DNA from: Gammaproteobacteria bacterium
GTDB taxonomy: Bacteria > Pseudomonadota > Gammaproteobacteria > Eutrophobiales > Eutrophobiaceae
DNA length: 63,330 bases
Assembly: GCA_021773245.1 (NCBI GenBank)
Contig: JAJFKK010000004.1
Coordinates: 1 to 63,330 of the forward strand
Direction: 5' to 3'
The notes under the pieces are model-generated. The model had not been told where the DNA came from, did not search any database, and saw nothing but the letters and a program-made list of their open reading frames with translations. The stretch's first letter is position 1. Each line of letters starts with the position of its first letter. Position numbers and translations under genes: made by a program. Shown here piece by piece: positions 19,112 through 29,763 of the stretch.

Positions 19112-20302
19112 ATGATGAGTAGTGCATTAATGTCAAATTATCAGCCGTTGTCGGTCGAGTTTAAAAGTGGAGCAGGTGCTTGGCTAACGGACGTCGACGG
19201 CCAGCGATATCTTGATGCATTAAGTGGAATTGCTGTCTGCGGATTAGGTCATGCGCATCCTGCTGTGCAAGAAGCTGTTGCTGATCAAGCTGGGAAATTG
19301 ATTCACACCTCAAATATTTATCGTATTCCCTTGCAAGAAAAGCTTGCTGAAAAATTAGTTGCACACTCCGGCATGGATAAAGTCTTCTTTGGTAATTCCG
19401 GTGCGGAAGCGAATGAAGCAGCAATTAAACTCGCGCGTCTTTACGGGAATAATAAGGGTGTTAGTAATCCTGTCATTGTCGTGATGGAAAAAAGTTTTCA
19501 TGGGCGAACCATGGCGACATTAACCGCAACCGGGAATGATAAGGTTAAAAAAGGTTTTGCGCCTTTAGTCGAAGGCTTTAAGCATATTCCATATAACAAT
19601 CTTAATGCCTTAAATGAAATTGCAGAGACAACAGAGAACATTGTCGCTGTTATGGTTGAACCGATATTGGGAGAGGGTGGTGTTGTTATTCCTGATGACG
19701 GATATTTGAAAGCTATACGAACATTTTGCGATGAACATGATTGTTTAATGATACTGGATGAAATTCAAACCGGTATGTGTCGAACTGGCGAATGGTTTGC
19801 CTTTCAACACGAAGATATTAAACCAGATATTATGACGTTGGCAAAAGCATTAGGTAATGGCGTGCCGATTGGTGCATGTTTAGCAAGTGGTGCAGCTGCA
19901 AATTTATTTCAACCAGGAAGTCATGGTTCTACTTTCGGTGGTAATCCTCTCGCTGCAAGAGCGGCGCTATCTGTGATTGAAGTATTAGAAGATGAAAAGC
20001 TTGACGTACGTGTAAAAGTGTTGGGAAATCGCTTGTTAGAGGGCTTTAAACAAAGTTTAAGCGGAATAAATGGAATAAAAGAGATTCGTGGTAGAGGTTT
20101 GATGTTGGGCATCGAACTTGAAAAGGATTGTACTGATTTAGTTGGTTTGGCATTAGATGAAAAGTTATTAATTAACGTTACTGCGGGTAATGTAATTCGT
20201 TTATTGCCTCCTTTGGTTATAAGTAATGATGAAGCTGATGAAATAGTGTCTAAATTATGCAGCTTGCTCATAAAATATCTGAATAGGTCTTCGCACGAAT
20301 GA
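19112..20302 (+). CDS. argD: Acetylornithine aminotransferase
   Basis: NSGAEANE, FHGRT, DEIQTG, AKALGNG and HGSTFGGNP; upstream of argF. Confidence 0.93.
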   Translation: MMSSALMSNYQPLSVEFKSGAGAWLTDVDGQRYLDALSGIAVCGLGHAHPAVQEAVADQAGKLIHTSNIYRIPLQEKLAEKLVAHSGMDKVFFGNSGAEANEAAIKLARLYGNNKGVSNPVIVVMEKSFHGRTMATLTATGNDKVKKGFAPLVEGFKHIPYNNLNALNEIAETTENIVAVMVEPILGEGGVVIPDDGYLKAIRTFCDEHDCLMILDEIQTGMCRTGEWFAFQHEDIKPDIMTLAKALGNGVPIGACLASGAAANLFQPGSHGSTFGGNPLAARAALSVIEVLEDEKLDVRVKVLGNRLLEGFKQSLSGINGIKEIRGRGLMLGIELEKDCTDLVGLALDEKLLINVTAGNVIRLLPPLVISNDEADEIVSKLCSLLIKYLNRSSHE

Positions 20303-20422
20303 TCCTTTGTCTCAATACGTCGTTAAAAATGTGCTCGAATGCTCATTTATTTAATATAAACTCCGCTTCTGCGCGCATTTTTGCCTCGTCTGATAACAAA
20401 GTTTCAATTCGTGCAAAAATCT
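20285..20422. mobile_element. MITE-like element overlapping the argD 3' end
   Basis: Imperfect terminal IR AGGTCTTCGCACGAA / TTCGTGCAAAAATCT (12/15); inner IRs AAAAATGTGC / GCGCATTTTT and TTTAT / ATAAA. Confidence 0.65.
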
Positions 20423-20443
20423 CTTATCGATAAAGGTGTAGTT

Positions 20444-21346
20444 ATGGAAACAAGACATTTTTTAACGTTAAATAGTTTGAGTCGCGATGAATTGCTCTCA
20501 ATTATTAATCGTGCAGAAGTATTAAAGAAACAATTCATAGAAAAAAGCTATGAATCAACACTTGAGAGTCGAGTGTTGGGAATGATTTTTGAAAAATCAT
20601 CAACGCGTACGCGTGTTTCGTTTGAAGCGGGCATGGCGCAGTTAGGTGGACATGCTATTTATCTTGCACCAACCGGTACACAGATAGGTCGCGGTGAACC
20701 TTTAGAAGATACGGCGCGTGTCTTATCAAAAATGGTTGATTGCATCATGTTAAGAACGTTCGAGCATGAACGCATTGAACGATTTGCAGAGTATTCTGAT
20801 GTGCCAGTGATTAATGGTTTATCGGATAGTTATCATCCCTGTCAGTTGTTAGCCGATTTATTAACCCATTATGAAAAACGCGGCTCTATTGAAGGTAAAA
20901 AAGTCGTTTGGTTTGGTGATGGTAACAATATGTGTCACTCCTACATGAATGCTGCAAAGATTCTTGATTTTCAATTGATCGTTTCTGGCCCGGAAGGGTT
21001 TGATCCAGATCCAAAAATACTTGAAGGGACAAAAACTAATGTTGTTATTGAACGTAATCCTAAGCAAGCAGCGAAAAATGCAGATGTTATTGTGACTGAT
21101 GTTTGGGCAAGCATGGGACAGGAAGAAGAGCAAAAAGAACGCATGCAAAAGTTTGCACAATATCAGGTCAATACTGATTTGATGGAATGTGCAAACGGTG
21201 ATGCACTCTTTATGCATTGTTTGCCTGCGCATCGAGGTGAAGAAGTCTCCGAGAATGTATTAGAAGGGCCACAAAGTGTTGTTTGGGAAGAAGCAGGGAA
21301 TCGTTTACATTCTCAAAAAGCACTGCTGGAATTTTTAATTGGCTAA
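20444..21346 (+). CDS. argF: Ornithine carbamoyltransferase
   Basis: STRTR, HPCQ, TDVWASMG and HCLP; ATG 20444 follows AAGGTG. Confidence 0.95.
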   Translation: METRHFLTLNSLSRDELLSIINRAEVLKKQFIEKSYESTLESRVLGMIFEKSSTRTRVSFEAGMAQLGGHAIYLAPTGTQIGRGEPLEDTARVLSKMVDCIMLRTFEHERIERFAEYSDVPVINGLSDSYHPCQLLADLLTHYEKRGSIEGKKVVWFGDGNNMCHSYMNAAKILDFQLIVSGPEGFDPDPKILEGTKTNVVIERNPKQAAKNADVIVTDVWASMGQEEEQKERMQKFAQYQVNTDLMECANGDALFMHCLPAHRGEEVSENVLEGPQSVVWEEAGNRLHSQKALLEFLIG

Positions 21347-21362
21347 TTATAACAATTTCTAA

Positions 21363-22121
21363 ATGCATTTTTTATTAAGTAACGATGATGGTTATCAAGC
21401 ACCCGGTTTAGCTGCTTTAGCTGAAGCACTTGCCGAATTAGGTAAAGTAACTGTTGTTGCTCCTGATCGCGATCGCAGTGGCGCGAGTAATTCACTTACA
21501 TTAGATGCACCGTTGCATGTCAAACAAGATAGTCGCGGTTTTCATTATGTAAATGGTACACCGACGGATTGTGTTCATCTTGCTGTTACGGGTTTATTAG
21601 AAGAAGAACCTGACATGGTAATTAGTGGTATTAACTCGGGCGCGAATATGGGTGATGATGTGCTTTATTCCGGTACAGTAGCTGCGGCAATGGAAGGGCG
21701 TTTTCTTGGATGTCCTGCTATTGCTTTCTCTTTGGCGAGTAGAAACCCTGATGATTATTCCTCTGCTGTTATTGTGGCTAAAAAAATCATTGAATCAATC
21801 ATGCAACAACCCTCCGAATATTCATTCGAAGATGCATTATTAAATATTAATATTCCAGACCTTAAACACGAACAGATAGACGGTTTTGAAGTGACTCGTT
21901 TAGGTAGTCGTCATAAAGCTGAGCCGGCACAAGAAGCGTTTGATCCAAAAGGTCGAAAAGTTTATTGGGTAGGTCCTGTTGGTTCGGAACAAGATGCAGG
22001 CGAGGGAACAGATTTTCATGCGATACGAAAAAACAAAGTATCAATCACGCCATTGCAAATTGATTTAACCCGTCATGAAGCATTACCGACGTTAACAAAT
22101 TGGCTAGAGACGTTGAAATGA
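21363..22121 (+). CDS. surE: 5'/3'-nucleotidase SurE
   Basis: [20 protein letters not shown] and YSGTV. Confidence 0.96.
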   Translation: MHFLLSNDDGYQAPGLAALAEALAELGKVTVVAPDRDRSGASNSLTLDAPLHVKQDSRGFHYVNGTPTDCVHLAVTGLLEEEPDMVISGINSGANMGDDVLYSGTVAAAMEGRFLGCPAIAFSLASRNPDDYSSAVIVAKKIIESIMQQPSEYSFEDALLNINIPDLKHEQIDGFEVTRLGSRHKAEPAQEAFDPKGRKVYWVGPVGSEQDAGEGTDFHAIRKNKVSITPLQIDLTRHEALPTLTNWLETLK

Positions 22122-22786
22122 TGTCAGCCGATCACAGTGGTATAGGAATGACGTCACAACGCACGCGTGATCGTCTCGCTGATACCTTAGTAGATATGGG
22201 CATTAAATCTAACCTTGTACTTGATGCTATTCGTAATACACCAAGACACCTTTTTGTTGACGAAGCATTGGCAACACGCGCTTATGAAAATACAGCATTA
22301 CCTATAGGTTTTAGCCAAACGATTTCGCAACCTTATATCGTTGCGAAAATGACAGAAGCATTGATTAAAGACAAACAACTTGAGAATGTATTAGAAGTCG
22401 GTACAGGTTGCGGTTATCAAACGGTGATTATGGCGCAATTTACAAAACGTATTTATACGGTTGAAAGAATAAATGGCCTGTTAATACGTGCACGAGAACG
22501 TTTTCAAAAATTAGCTATTACCAATATTCGTAGTAAACACGCTGATGGTAATATTGGTTGGTCCGCGAATGCGCCATTTGATGGTATTATTGTTGCGGCT
22601 GCACCGATAGGTGTGCCAGATGCATTGAAAGAACAATTGGCTATTGATGGCCGATTAATTATACCGGTAGGTAAGTCCGGTGATCAGAAATTATTATTAA
22701 TAACCCGCAGGGAAGAGGGCTATGAAGAAGAAATTATTGATTCAGTCAGTTTTGTTCCTATGCTCGGTGGTATTGATAAGACTTAA
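22118..22786 (+). CDS. pcm: Protein-L-isoaspartate O-methyltransferase
   Basis: [16 protein letters not shown] and FVPM; surE-pcm-nlpD-rpoS synteny. Confidence 0.95.
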   Translation: MMSADHSGIGMTSQRTRDRLADTLVDMGIKSNLVLDAIRNTPRHLFVDEALATRAYENTALPIGFSQTISQPYIVAKMTEALIKDKQLENVLEVGTGCGYQTVIMAQFTKRIYTVERINGLLIRARERFQKLAITNIRSKHADGNIGWSANAPFDGIIVAAAPIGVPDALKEQLAIDGRLIIPVGKSGDQKLLLITRREEGYEEEIIDSVSFVPMLGGIDKT

Positions 22787-22812
22787 AAAATGACAGGTAT
22801 AAGAGTGATAAT

Positions 22813-23676
22813 ATGAGTCACCAATATAATATTGTTATTTGTTTGTTAACACTTATTTTGCTTCAGGCCTGCGCCGGGCGAGGTGTCGCACCTGTTGCAA
22901 ACCGTGGCGAAGTCAAAGAAGTTCCTGCAACAACTACTCAAAGATCGAGCAAATCTCAACTTAAACCCGTTAAGAAGCCTAAAAAAGTAGTACAAAATAA
23001 AACGGGTTATCATATCGTTGGTGAAGGCGACACCCTTTATTCAATCGCATGGCGTTACAATTTTGATTACAAAGAAGTTGCCGGTTGGAATCAGGTTAAA
23101 GCACCTTACACAATTTATCCCGGTCAATTGATTCGTTTAAAGCCAGTATTAAAAAAGAAAGCTGTGCCTTTAAAGAAACCTGAAACAACCGTTAAAAAAG
23201 TTATTCCTAAGCAGCCGCTACCTAAAAAAGCATCAAAACCAGTTCAGAAAAAACCAAAAGTTGTTGCTAAGAAAGTTAATACAAAAAAAACATTACCCAA
23301 AGGACCCGTAAAATGGTCTTGGCCTACAAGTGGGAAAATCGCGAAGACGAATTCACCTACCTCAAAAAAGGGGCTTGATATATTAGGACGCGCTGGACAA
23401 CAAGTTAAAGCGGCAGGTGCAGGTGAAGTTGTTTATAGTGGAGGTGGACTTCTTGGCTACGGAAAGCTTATTATCATTAAACACAATGAAACGTACTTAA
23501 GTGCCTATGCGTATAACAACAAACTTTTGGTCAAGGAAGGCGACATAGTGAAAGCTGGAGAAGCTATTTCCGAAATGGGGCAGGATCACACCGGTCGCAC
23601 TGTGCTCCACTTTGAAATACGTAAAGACGGTAAACCCATTAACCCTACAAAGTATCTTCCCAAGAAACGTGCCTAA
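22813..23676 (+). CDS. nlpD: LysM/M23 lipoprotein NlpD
   Basis: Lipobox LQAC; LysM GDTLYSIA; M23 LHFEIR. Confidence 0.92.
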   Translation: MSHQYNIVICLLTLILLQACAGRGVAPVANRGEVKEVPATTTQRSSKSQLKPVKKPKKVVQNKTGYHIVGEGDTLYSIAWRYNFDYKEVAGWNQVKAPYTIYPGQLIRLKPVLKKKAVPLKKPETTVKKVIPKQPLPKKASKPVQKKPKVVAKKVNTKKTLPKGPVKWSWPTSGKIAKTNSPTSKKGLDILGRAGQQVKAAGAGEVVYSGGGLLGYGKLIIIKHNETYLSAYAYNNKLLVKEGDIVKAGEAISEMGQDHTGRTVLHFEIRKDGKPINPTKYLPKKRA

Positions 23677-23694
23677 TTAAGATCGACACTACTA

Positions 23695-24702
23695 ATGAAA
23701 GACGAAGATACAAAATCAGATACTAATCCGGACTTAGCAAATAGCGAGATTGAAGATACTCAGTTGACCGGTGAAGATATAAAACTGAGTGAGACTGAAG
23801 AAGATACAGTAAAAGAAACTAATGAAAAAACACCCGAAATTGTAAGTGCGCCTGTTTCAGCGGGTGATCTTGATGCGACACGCTTATATTTGAATGAAAT
23901 CGGTTTTTCGCCATTATTAACAGCAGAAGAAGAAGTTTATTTTTCACGAAAATTATTAAAAGGCGATGCAAGCGCGAAAAAGCGCATGATCGAAAGTAAT
24001 TTACGCCTTGTTGTAAAAATTGCCCGTCGATACATGAATCGTGGTTTAGCGCTCCTCGATTTGATTGAAGAAGGAAATCTTGGTTTGATTCGAGCGGTAG
24101 AAAAGTTTGACCCGGAAAGAGGTTTTCGTTTTTCAACATATGCGACCTGGTGGATAAGACAAACGATAGAACGTGGATTGATGAACCAAACACGTACAGT
24201 ACGTTTACCAATACATGTTGTAAAAGAGATTAATATCTATTTACGTGCGGCACGAAAACTATCACAAACATTGGATCGCGAACCGACGTCACAAGATGTC
24301 GCTGATATGCTTGACCAACCAATCGATGATGTTAAGCGCATGTTGGGATTATATGAACGCGAAACATCAGTTGATTCTCCAAGTCCTTATGACCCGGATA
24401 AGTCTTTATTGGATACTTTGCCTGATGAACAAAACCTGGATCCGTCGTTATTGATACAGAATAGCGATGTAAAAGAGCATATTGATACATGGTTAAACTT
24501 ACTTACTGATAAGCAATGTGCTGTCGTTGAGCATCGTTTTGGCTTACATGGCCGAGAAGTAGCAACGTTGGAAGAAATTGGTAATGAATTAGGCGTAACA
24601 CGTGAACGCGTCAGACAGATACAGATAGAAGCAATTAAACGTTTGAGACAGATATTGTTACGCGAGGGGTTTTCTCTCGATACACTGAATATGGAGAATT
24701 AG
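23695..24702 (+). CDS. rpoS: RNA polymerase sigma factor RpoS
   Basis: [21 protein letters not shown] and WWIRQTIER; follows nlpD. Confidence 0.95.
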   Translation: MKDEDTKSDTNPDLANSEIEDTQLTGEDIKLSETEEDTVKETNEKTPEIVSAPVSAGDLDATRLYLNEIGFSPLLTAEEEVYFSRKLLKGDASAKKRMIESNLRLVVKIARRYMNRGLALLDLIEEGNLGLIRAVEKFDPERGFRFSTYATWWIRQTIERGLMNQTRTVRLPIHVVKEINIYLRAARKLSQTLDREPTSQDVADMLDQPIDDVKRMLGLYERETSVDSPSPYDPDKSLLDTLPDEQNLDPSLLIQNSDVKEHIDTWLNLLTDKQCAVVEHRFGLHGREVATLEEIGNELGVTRERVRQIQIEAIKRLRQILLREGFSLDTLNMEN

Positions 24703-25079
24703 TTAGAGGCTAAAAACAAGCAGGCGACGACATTTCTGCCCTCATCAATCAATAAATTATAGCTGCGGCATGCTGCACCGGTATTCATTATTTCAAAACC
24801 GATATTTTTTGATGTTAAATGGGAGAGTAACTCATAGTTTTGGTATGCGGAGTCATTTCCTATACCGAGTAAAATGACTTCAGGTTGCCAGGCAATGACT
24901 TTATCCATGTGTTGCAATGCAAGATCTTTATAAGAGTTTACGGACCAATTTTCAATTAACTGATCTTTTGAAATGACTAAATTTGATTCAATTACTTTAT
25001 GTTTTAGCGTAAATGAATCATCAGAATAGGAAATAATTTTATTTGATGCGGAATTTTCGCTATCAAGTTCGATCTTCAT
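24699..25079 (-). CDS. Mth938-like (DUF498) protein
   Basis: PEVILLG and [20 protein letters not shown]; SD AAGGA before ATG 25079. Confidence 0.85.
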   Translation of the reverse strand: MKIELDSENSASNKIISYSDDSFTLKHKVIESNLVISKDQLIENWSVNSYKDLALQHMDKVIAWQPEVILLGIGNDSAYQNYELLSHLTSKNIGFEIMNTGAACRSYNLLIDEGRNVVACLFLASN

Positions 25080-25141
25080 AGATGTAATATCCTTTTTTAG
25101 AAAAATAATTATATTGTAGTAATAGAACGAGGGGTAATTAA

Positions 25142-25795
<654 letters not shown>

Positions 25796-26007
25796 CTTTT
25801 AACATTCATACTAAAGATTAAGCATATAAAACGATGTTTTGTTGTGTAAATAACAATAAAAATGCATTTTTTTTTGTAAACATGAAAGATTTTTTTAAAA
25901 AATAATAGTAAAAAGATAAAACATGACTATAATTGCAATGTGTTTGTTTAATGTTATGTATACATTTTGTTAAAATAAATTATTCAGTATTAGGGGAGTC
26001 TCTAACT

Positions 26008-26319
26008 ATGGCGAAGAAAAAAGCAAAGAAGAAGACTGCAAAGAGAAAAGTTGCAAAGAAAAAAGCTAAGAAGAAAGTAGCTAAAAAGAAAGCTAAGAAA
26101 AAAACTTCTAAGAAGAAAGCGAAGAAAAAAGCTTCTAAGAAGAAAGCTAAGAAAAAAGCTACTAGGAAAAAGGCTAAGAAAAAAGCTTCTAAGAAGAAAG
26201 CAAAGAAAAAAACTTCTAAGAAGAAAGCTAAAAAGAAAGTAGCTAAAAAGAAGGCTAAGAAAAAAGCTTCTAAGAAAAAGGCTAAAAAGAAGGCCAAAAA
26301 AAAATCTAGAAGAAGATAA
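26008..26319 (+). CDS. Histone H1-like Lys/Ala-rich basic protein
   Basis: SD GGGGAG before ATG 26008; about ten 9-aa repeats KKKAKKK-(A/T/V)-(S/A/T) with synonymous codon variation. Confidence 0.8.
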   Translation: MAKKKAKKKTAKRKVAKKKAKKKVAKKKAKKKTSKKKAKKKASKKKAKKKATRKKAKKKASKKKAKKKTSKKKAKKKVAKKKAKKKASKKKAKKKAKKKSRRR

Positions 26320-26326
26320 GCAGAAA

Positions 26327-26434
26327 ATGACATCAGGTCAGCGTGATAAACAACGCAGAGAAAAGGCCAGATCAGTCATAGAAGCAAGAAAAGAACGCCG
26401 TAAGGCGTTAGTTGAAAGTTTACTTAAGTTATAA
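26327..26434 (+). CDS. Small basic protein, 35 aa (not in the ORF track)
   Basis: MTSGQRDKQRREKARSVIEARKERRKALVESLLKL*; starts 7 nt after the H1-like stop and ends before the terminator. Confidence 0.5.
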   Translation: MTSGQRDKQRREKARSVIEARKERRKALVESLLKL

Positions 26435-26461
26435 ATAGTGAGATTTCTTCTAAAAAATATT

Positions 26462-26489
26462 AAAGCCCCGTTTTTACGGGGCTTTTTTT
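26462..26489 (+). terminator. Intrinsic terminator
   Basis: AAAGCCCCGT-TTTT-ACGGGGCTTTTTTT. Confidence 0.85.
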
Positions 26490-26490
26490 A

Positions 26491-26580
26491 TTTACATGGA
26501 CGTAATGTCAGGAATATTGTTCCTACACCAACAGTAGGCGCTTTAGGCGATTACTAAGTGCCTACATCCATGACATTTTG
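26491..26580. repeat. Relic of hairpin micro-elements; shares 26 bp with the rnhA MITE
   Basis: TTAC-ATGGAC-GTAA hairpin and CCTACATCCATG; 26525-26550 is identical to 15499-15524. Confidence 0.65.
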
Positions 26581-26680
26581 TCAGTATTGGCTCTCATATG
26601 TGATTCATGTTTTACGTAATTGAGTTATTCTTATCTTCTCGCTGAGAATTAATAAACTATTTTCCAAATAACGCTGTTTC

Positions 26681-28954
26681 ATGGCTAAAAAACGTAAAAC
26701 TTCCCGTAAACGAAAACCTCAATCTAAACAAAAGAATAAATCCAGACTTAAACTATGGATGGTTCAAGCATTAGTTATTCTTGTATGTGTTTTTCTTTCG
26801 TATTGTGCCTTTATCGATTTTCAGATCAGAAAAGAGTTTGAAGGTAAACGTTGGTCGGTTCCCGCTAGAGTTTATGCACAACCTGTTGAGCTATATGTGG
26901 GACGAAAATTTGAACAAAAAGCATTAATTGGTCAATTACAAAATGCTTCATATCAAGCTGTTAAAAAGTTAATCAAGCAAGGGCAGTTTAGTAGTCGTGC
27001 ATCAGTAATCGACATATATACCAGACAATTTCATTACTGGGATGGCTTTGAAGAAGCAAAAAAAATACGAATTCAAATTAAAAATGGGCATATTACAAAA
27101 ATTACCTCATTAAATAATGATGACAGCATTGAAATTGTACGCTTAAGTCCGGCGTTAATAGGTAAAATATTCCCTTTGCACGATGAAGATCGCGTGCTCA
27201 TCTCTTATGAAGAGATACCCACTTCATTAAAAAAAGCGTTGATAGCTGTAGAAGACAGACATTTTTTTGAACATTTTGGAATTGATCCAAAAGGTATTTT
27301 ACGTTCCATTTTTACAAATTTAATAGCAGGTAAAATTGCGCAAGGCGGTAGTACTTTAACTCAACAATTAATCAAAAATATGTTTTTGACTCGTGAAAGG
27401 ACTTATTCACGTAAGTTGAATGAGATATTGATGGCCTTAATGTTGGAATATCACTATTCAAAAGAAAGTATTCTTGCGGCCTATGTTAATGAGATTTATT
27501 TAGGTCAAAATGGTGCACGTAGTATTCATGGTTTTGGCACTGCAGCGGAGTTTTATTTTTCTAAACCGTTAAATGAATTAAATATAGCTGAAATTTCATT
27601 ATTAGTGGGCTTGGTTAAAGGTGCTTCGTATTACAATCCACGGAAAAACCCGGAAAGAGCACTAAACCGACGGAATCTAGTACTAAAGTTATTACAGCAG
27701 CAAGGTTTTATAAAAGTTTCAGAATTCGATAAAGCCTCAAAACTTCCTTTAGGTGTGAATAAAAAACCAAATTGGACTAGCGCCAAATATCCCGCTTATC
27801 TTGATTTGGTTCGACGTCATATCAAGCGCGATTATCGTATTGATGATCTTAGAAATGAAGGTTTACAGATACACACGACACTCGATGTTGAAAAACAAGA
27901 AACGGCGCAAGATAGTGTTAAATTTAGCTTGTCGAAACTGGATAAGGCAAAAGGCTTTAAGTCAGGAGAACTGCAAACAGCATTAGTCATGGTTGAGCAA
28001 CATAGTGGTGAAGTAGTCGCCCTTGTCGGAGATCGAAATAAGCAAAGAAATGCCTTCAATCGTGCCCTTGATGCAAAAAGACCAATAGGATCATTAATAA
28101 AACCAGCTATCTATATGACCGCTTTACAACGACCAAATAAATATCATGTTCTTAGTTCGCTTGATGATTCTAAACTTGTATTAAAACAAGCTAATGGTAA
28201 ATCATGGGCACCAAATAATTATGATCATAAAACGCATGGTAAAGTGCCGTTAGTCAGATCGATTGCTAAATCCTATAATATTTCGACGGTACGACTTGGT
28301 ATGAGTCTTGGTTTAGGTAGTGTCATTCAAACATTAAAAAATCTTGGCGTTACTTCACCTATAGCCGAGTTACCTTCAATTTTACTTGGTGCATTAAATC
28401 TATCTCCCTATGAAGTAACGCAAATGTATCAAACGATTGCCAGTGGCGGTTTGCAAATTCCGTTGAAATCAATTCGAGCAGTACTTAATAAAGAAGGTGA
28501 ACCAATCAAGCGATATGACTTGGCAGTGCGTGAATATATCGAACCAGAAACAGCTTTTTTAACACAATATTTATTAACAGAAGTTGTTCAAAATGGCACG
28601 GCAAAGCGATTAACACGTGAGCTACCTTCTTTAATGCCTTTAGCTGGTAAAACAGGAACAACAAATGCCTTAAGAGACAGCTGGTTCGCAGGTTTCGGCG
28701 ATCGCTTGTTAGCCGTCGTTTGGATCGGTCGCGATGATAACCAGACGGCTAAATTGACAGGTTCAACTGGTGCAATGCAAATTTGGCTCGATATAATGAA
28801 GAAAATAAAACCTGAGCCATTAAGTTTGATAGAGCCGGAAGAAATTGAATGGTATGAGTTTCCTGATATGAGTAATCCTGTTGAAAGCTGTAATAAAACT
28901 AAAGCATATCCTGTTGTAAAAAAACATGTACCTAATTATATTAATTGTTATTAA
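26681..28954 (+). CDS. mrcB: Penicillin-binding protein 1B
   Basis: UB2H region, EDRHF, QGGSTLTQQ, SLIK, SYN and KTG. Confidence 0.93.
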   Translation: MAKKRKTSRKRKPQSKQKNKSRLKLWMVQALVILVCVFLSYCAFIDFQIRKEFEGKRWSVPARVYAQPVELYVGRKFEQKALIGQLQNASYQAVKKLIKQGQFSSRASVIDIYTRQFHYWDGFEEAKKIRIQIKNGHITKITSLNNDDSIEIVRLSPALIGKIFPLHDEDRVLISYEEIPTSLKKALIAVEDRHFFEHFGIDPKGILRSIFTNLIAGKIAQGGSTLTQQLIKNMFLTRERTYSRKLNEILMALMLEYHYSKESILAAYVNEIYLGQNGARSIHGFGTAAEFYFSKPLNELNIAEISLLVGLVKGASYYNPRKNPERALNRRNLVLKLLQQQGFIKVSEFDKASKLPLGVNKKPNWTSAKYPAYLDLVRRHIKRDYRIDDLRNEGLQIHTTLDVEKQETAQDSVKFSLSKLDKAKGFKSGELQTALVMVEQHSGEVVALVGDRNKQRNAFNRALDAKRPIGSLIKPAIYMTALQRPNKYHVLSSLDDSKLVLKQANGKSWAPNNYDHKTHGKVPLVRSIAKSYNISTVRLGMSLGLGSVIQTLKNLGVTSPIAELPSILLGALNLSPYEVTQMYQTIASGGLQIPLKSIRAVLNKEGEPIKRYDLAVREYIEPETAFLTQYLLTEVVQNGTAKRLTRELPSLMPLAGKTGTTNALRDSWFAGFGDRLLAVVWIGRDDNQTAKLTGSTGAMQIWLDIMKKIKPEPLSLIEPEEIEWYEFPDMSNPVESCNKTKAYPVVKKHVPNYINCY

Positions 28955-28970
28955 ATAAGTACGTAACATT

Positions 28971-29480
28971 ATGACTATTCAAAAAATCATTTTGTCGTTA
29001 ATTATATTGCTTTTGACTGCATGTGCAGAGCAAGCGACAAAATCTGTTGAGCTTATCCCTGTAGAAGAAAGACATTCTCCAGTAGAACGGGGAAAACTTA
29101 CGACTGAAAAACCAAAAGTAGTCGCTACTAAAAAAAGTAAGGCAGTCGATGAACAAAAAGAACCGGTTATTACTGCTTTGCTAAATGATGCAAATCGTTT
29201 TTCGAAGCAAGGGCATAGTGAAAAAGCGGTAGCAACATTAGAGCGTGCGCTGCGTATAGAACCGAAAAATGCATTGCTATGGCATCACCTTGCCGCTGTT
29301 CGCATGCAACAACAGCAATGGCAGCAAGCGATAGTTATGGCCAGAAAGTCGAATGCTTTGGCCGGTAGTAATAAACAATTAAAGTCTGATAACTGGGCTT
29401 TGATAGCCGCTGCTTATGATAGTCTAGGTAATAAAGAAAAAGCGAATGAAGCAAGAAACAAACAGACAGGACAAGGCTGA
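28971..29480 (+). CDS. TPR lipoprotein, LpoP-like PBP1B activator
   Basis: Lipobox LTAC; TPR A..LERALRIEP; directly downstream of mrcB. Confidence 0.75.
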   Translation: MTIQKIILSLIILLLTACAEQATKSVELIPVEERHSPVERGKLTTEKPKVVATKKSKAVDEQKEPVITALLNDANRFSKQGHSEKAVATLERALRIEPKNALLWHHLAAVRMQQQQWQQAIVMARKSNALAGSNKQLKSDNWALIAAAYDSLGNKEKANEARNKQTGQG

Positions 29481-29481
29481 G

Positions 29482-29763
29482 CTACAAAGTTTGTCCAGGC
29501 ACCTTTCCTTTAAGCATATATGCAAATGCGATAGTTTCAGCTACAGCAACGTAAAGTTCTCTAGGAATTTCTTCGTCTAATTTTAATTTTGCCAATAGAT
29601 CAACTAAGTCAGGTTCTTCACGAATCGGAATGTCATATTCTTTTGCCAAAGCAATAATCTCATCTGCGATTTCTCCCGTTCCTTTTGCTGATAAGGTAGG
29701 AGCGCAGACGCCATCATAGTTTAAGGCGACAGCTTTATTAGGCGTTTGTACTAGATCAGTCAT
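29482..29763 (-). CDS. FlhB/EscU C-terminal-domain-only protein
   Basis: AVALNY..AP..AKG.G.IA..I and EIP.ELY.AVAE. Confidence 0.88.
   Translation of the reverse strand: MTDLVQTPNKAVALNYDGVCAPTLSAKGTGEIADEIIALAKEYDIPIREEPDLVDLLAKLKLDEEIPRELYVAVAETIAFAYMLKGKVPGQTL

Noticed and set aside
18826-19115. ORFs 18826..19062(-) and 18900..19115(+)
   Set aside because: They lie within the repeat nest and show no protein motifs.
20381-20443. N-terminal extension of ArgF in the ORF track
   Set aside because: It derives from the MITE sequence; ATG 20444 has an SD sequence and a normal OTC N-terminus.
25980-26333. Phe/Leu-rich antisense ORF (FFLAFFL repeats)
   Set aside because: It is the mirror of the Lys-rich gene, which has the SD sequence and terminator.
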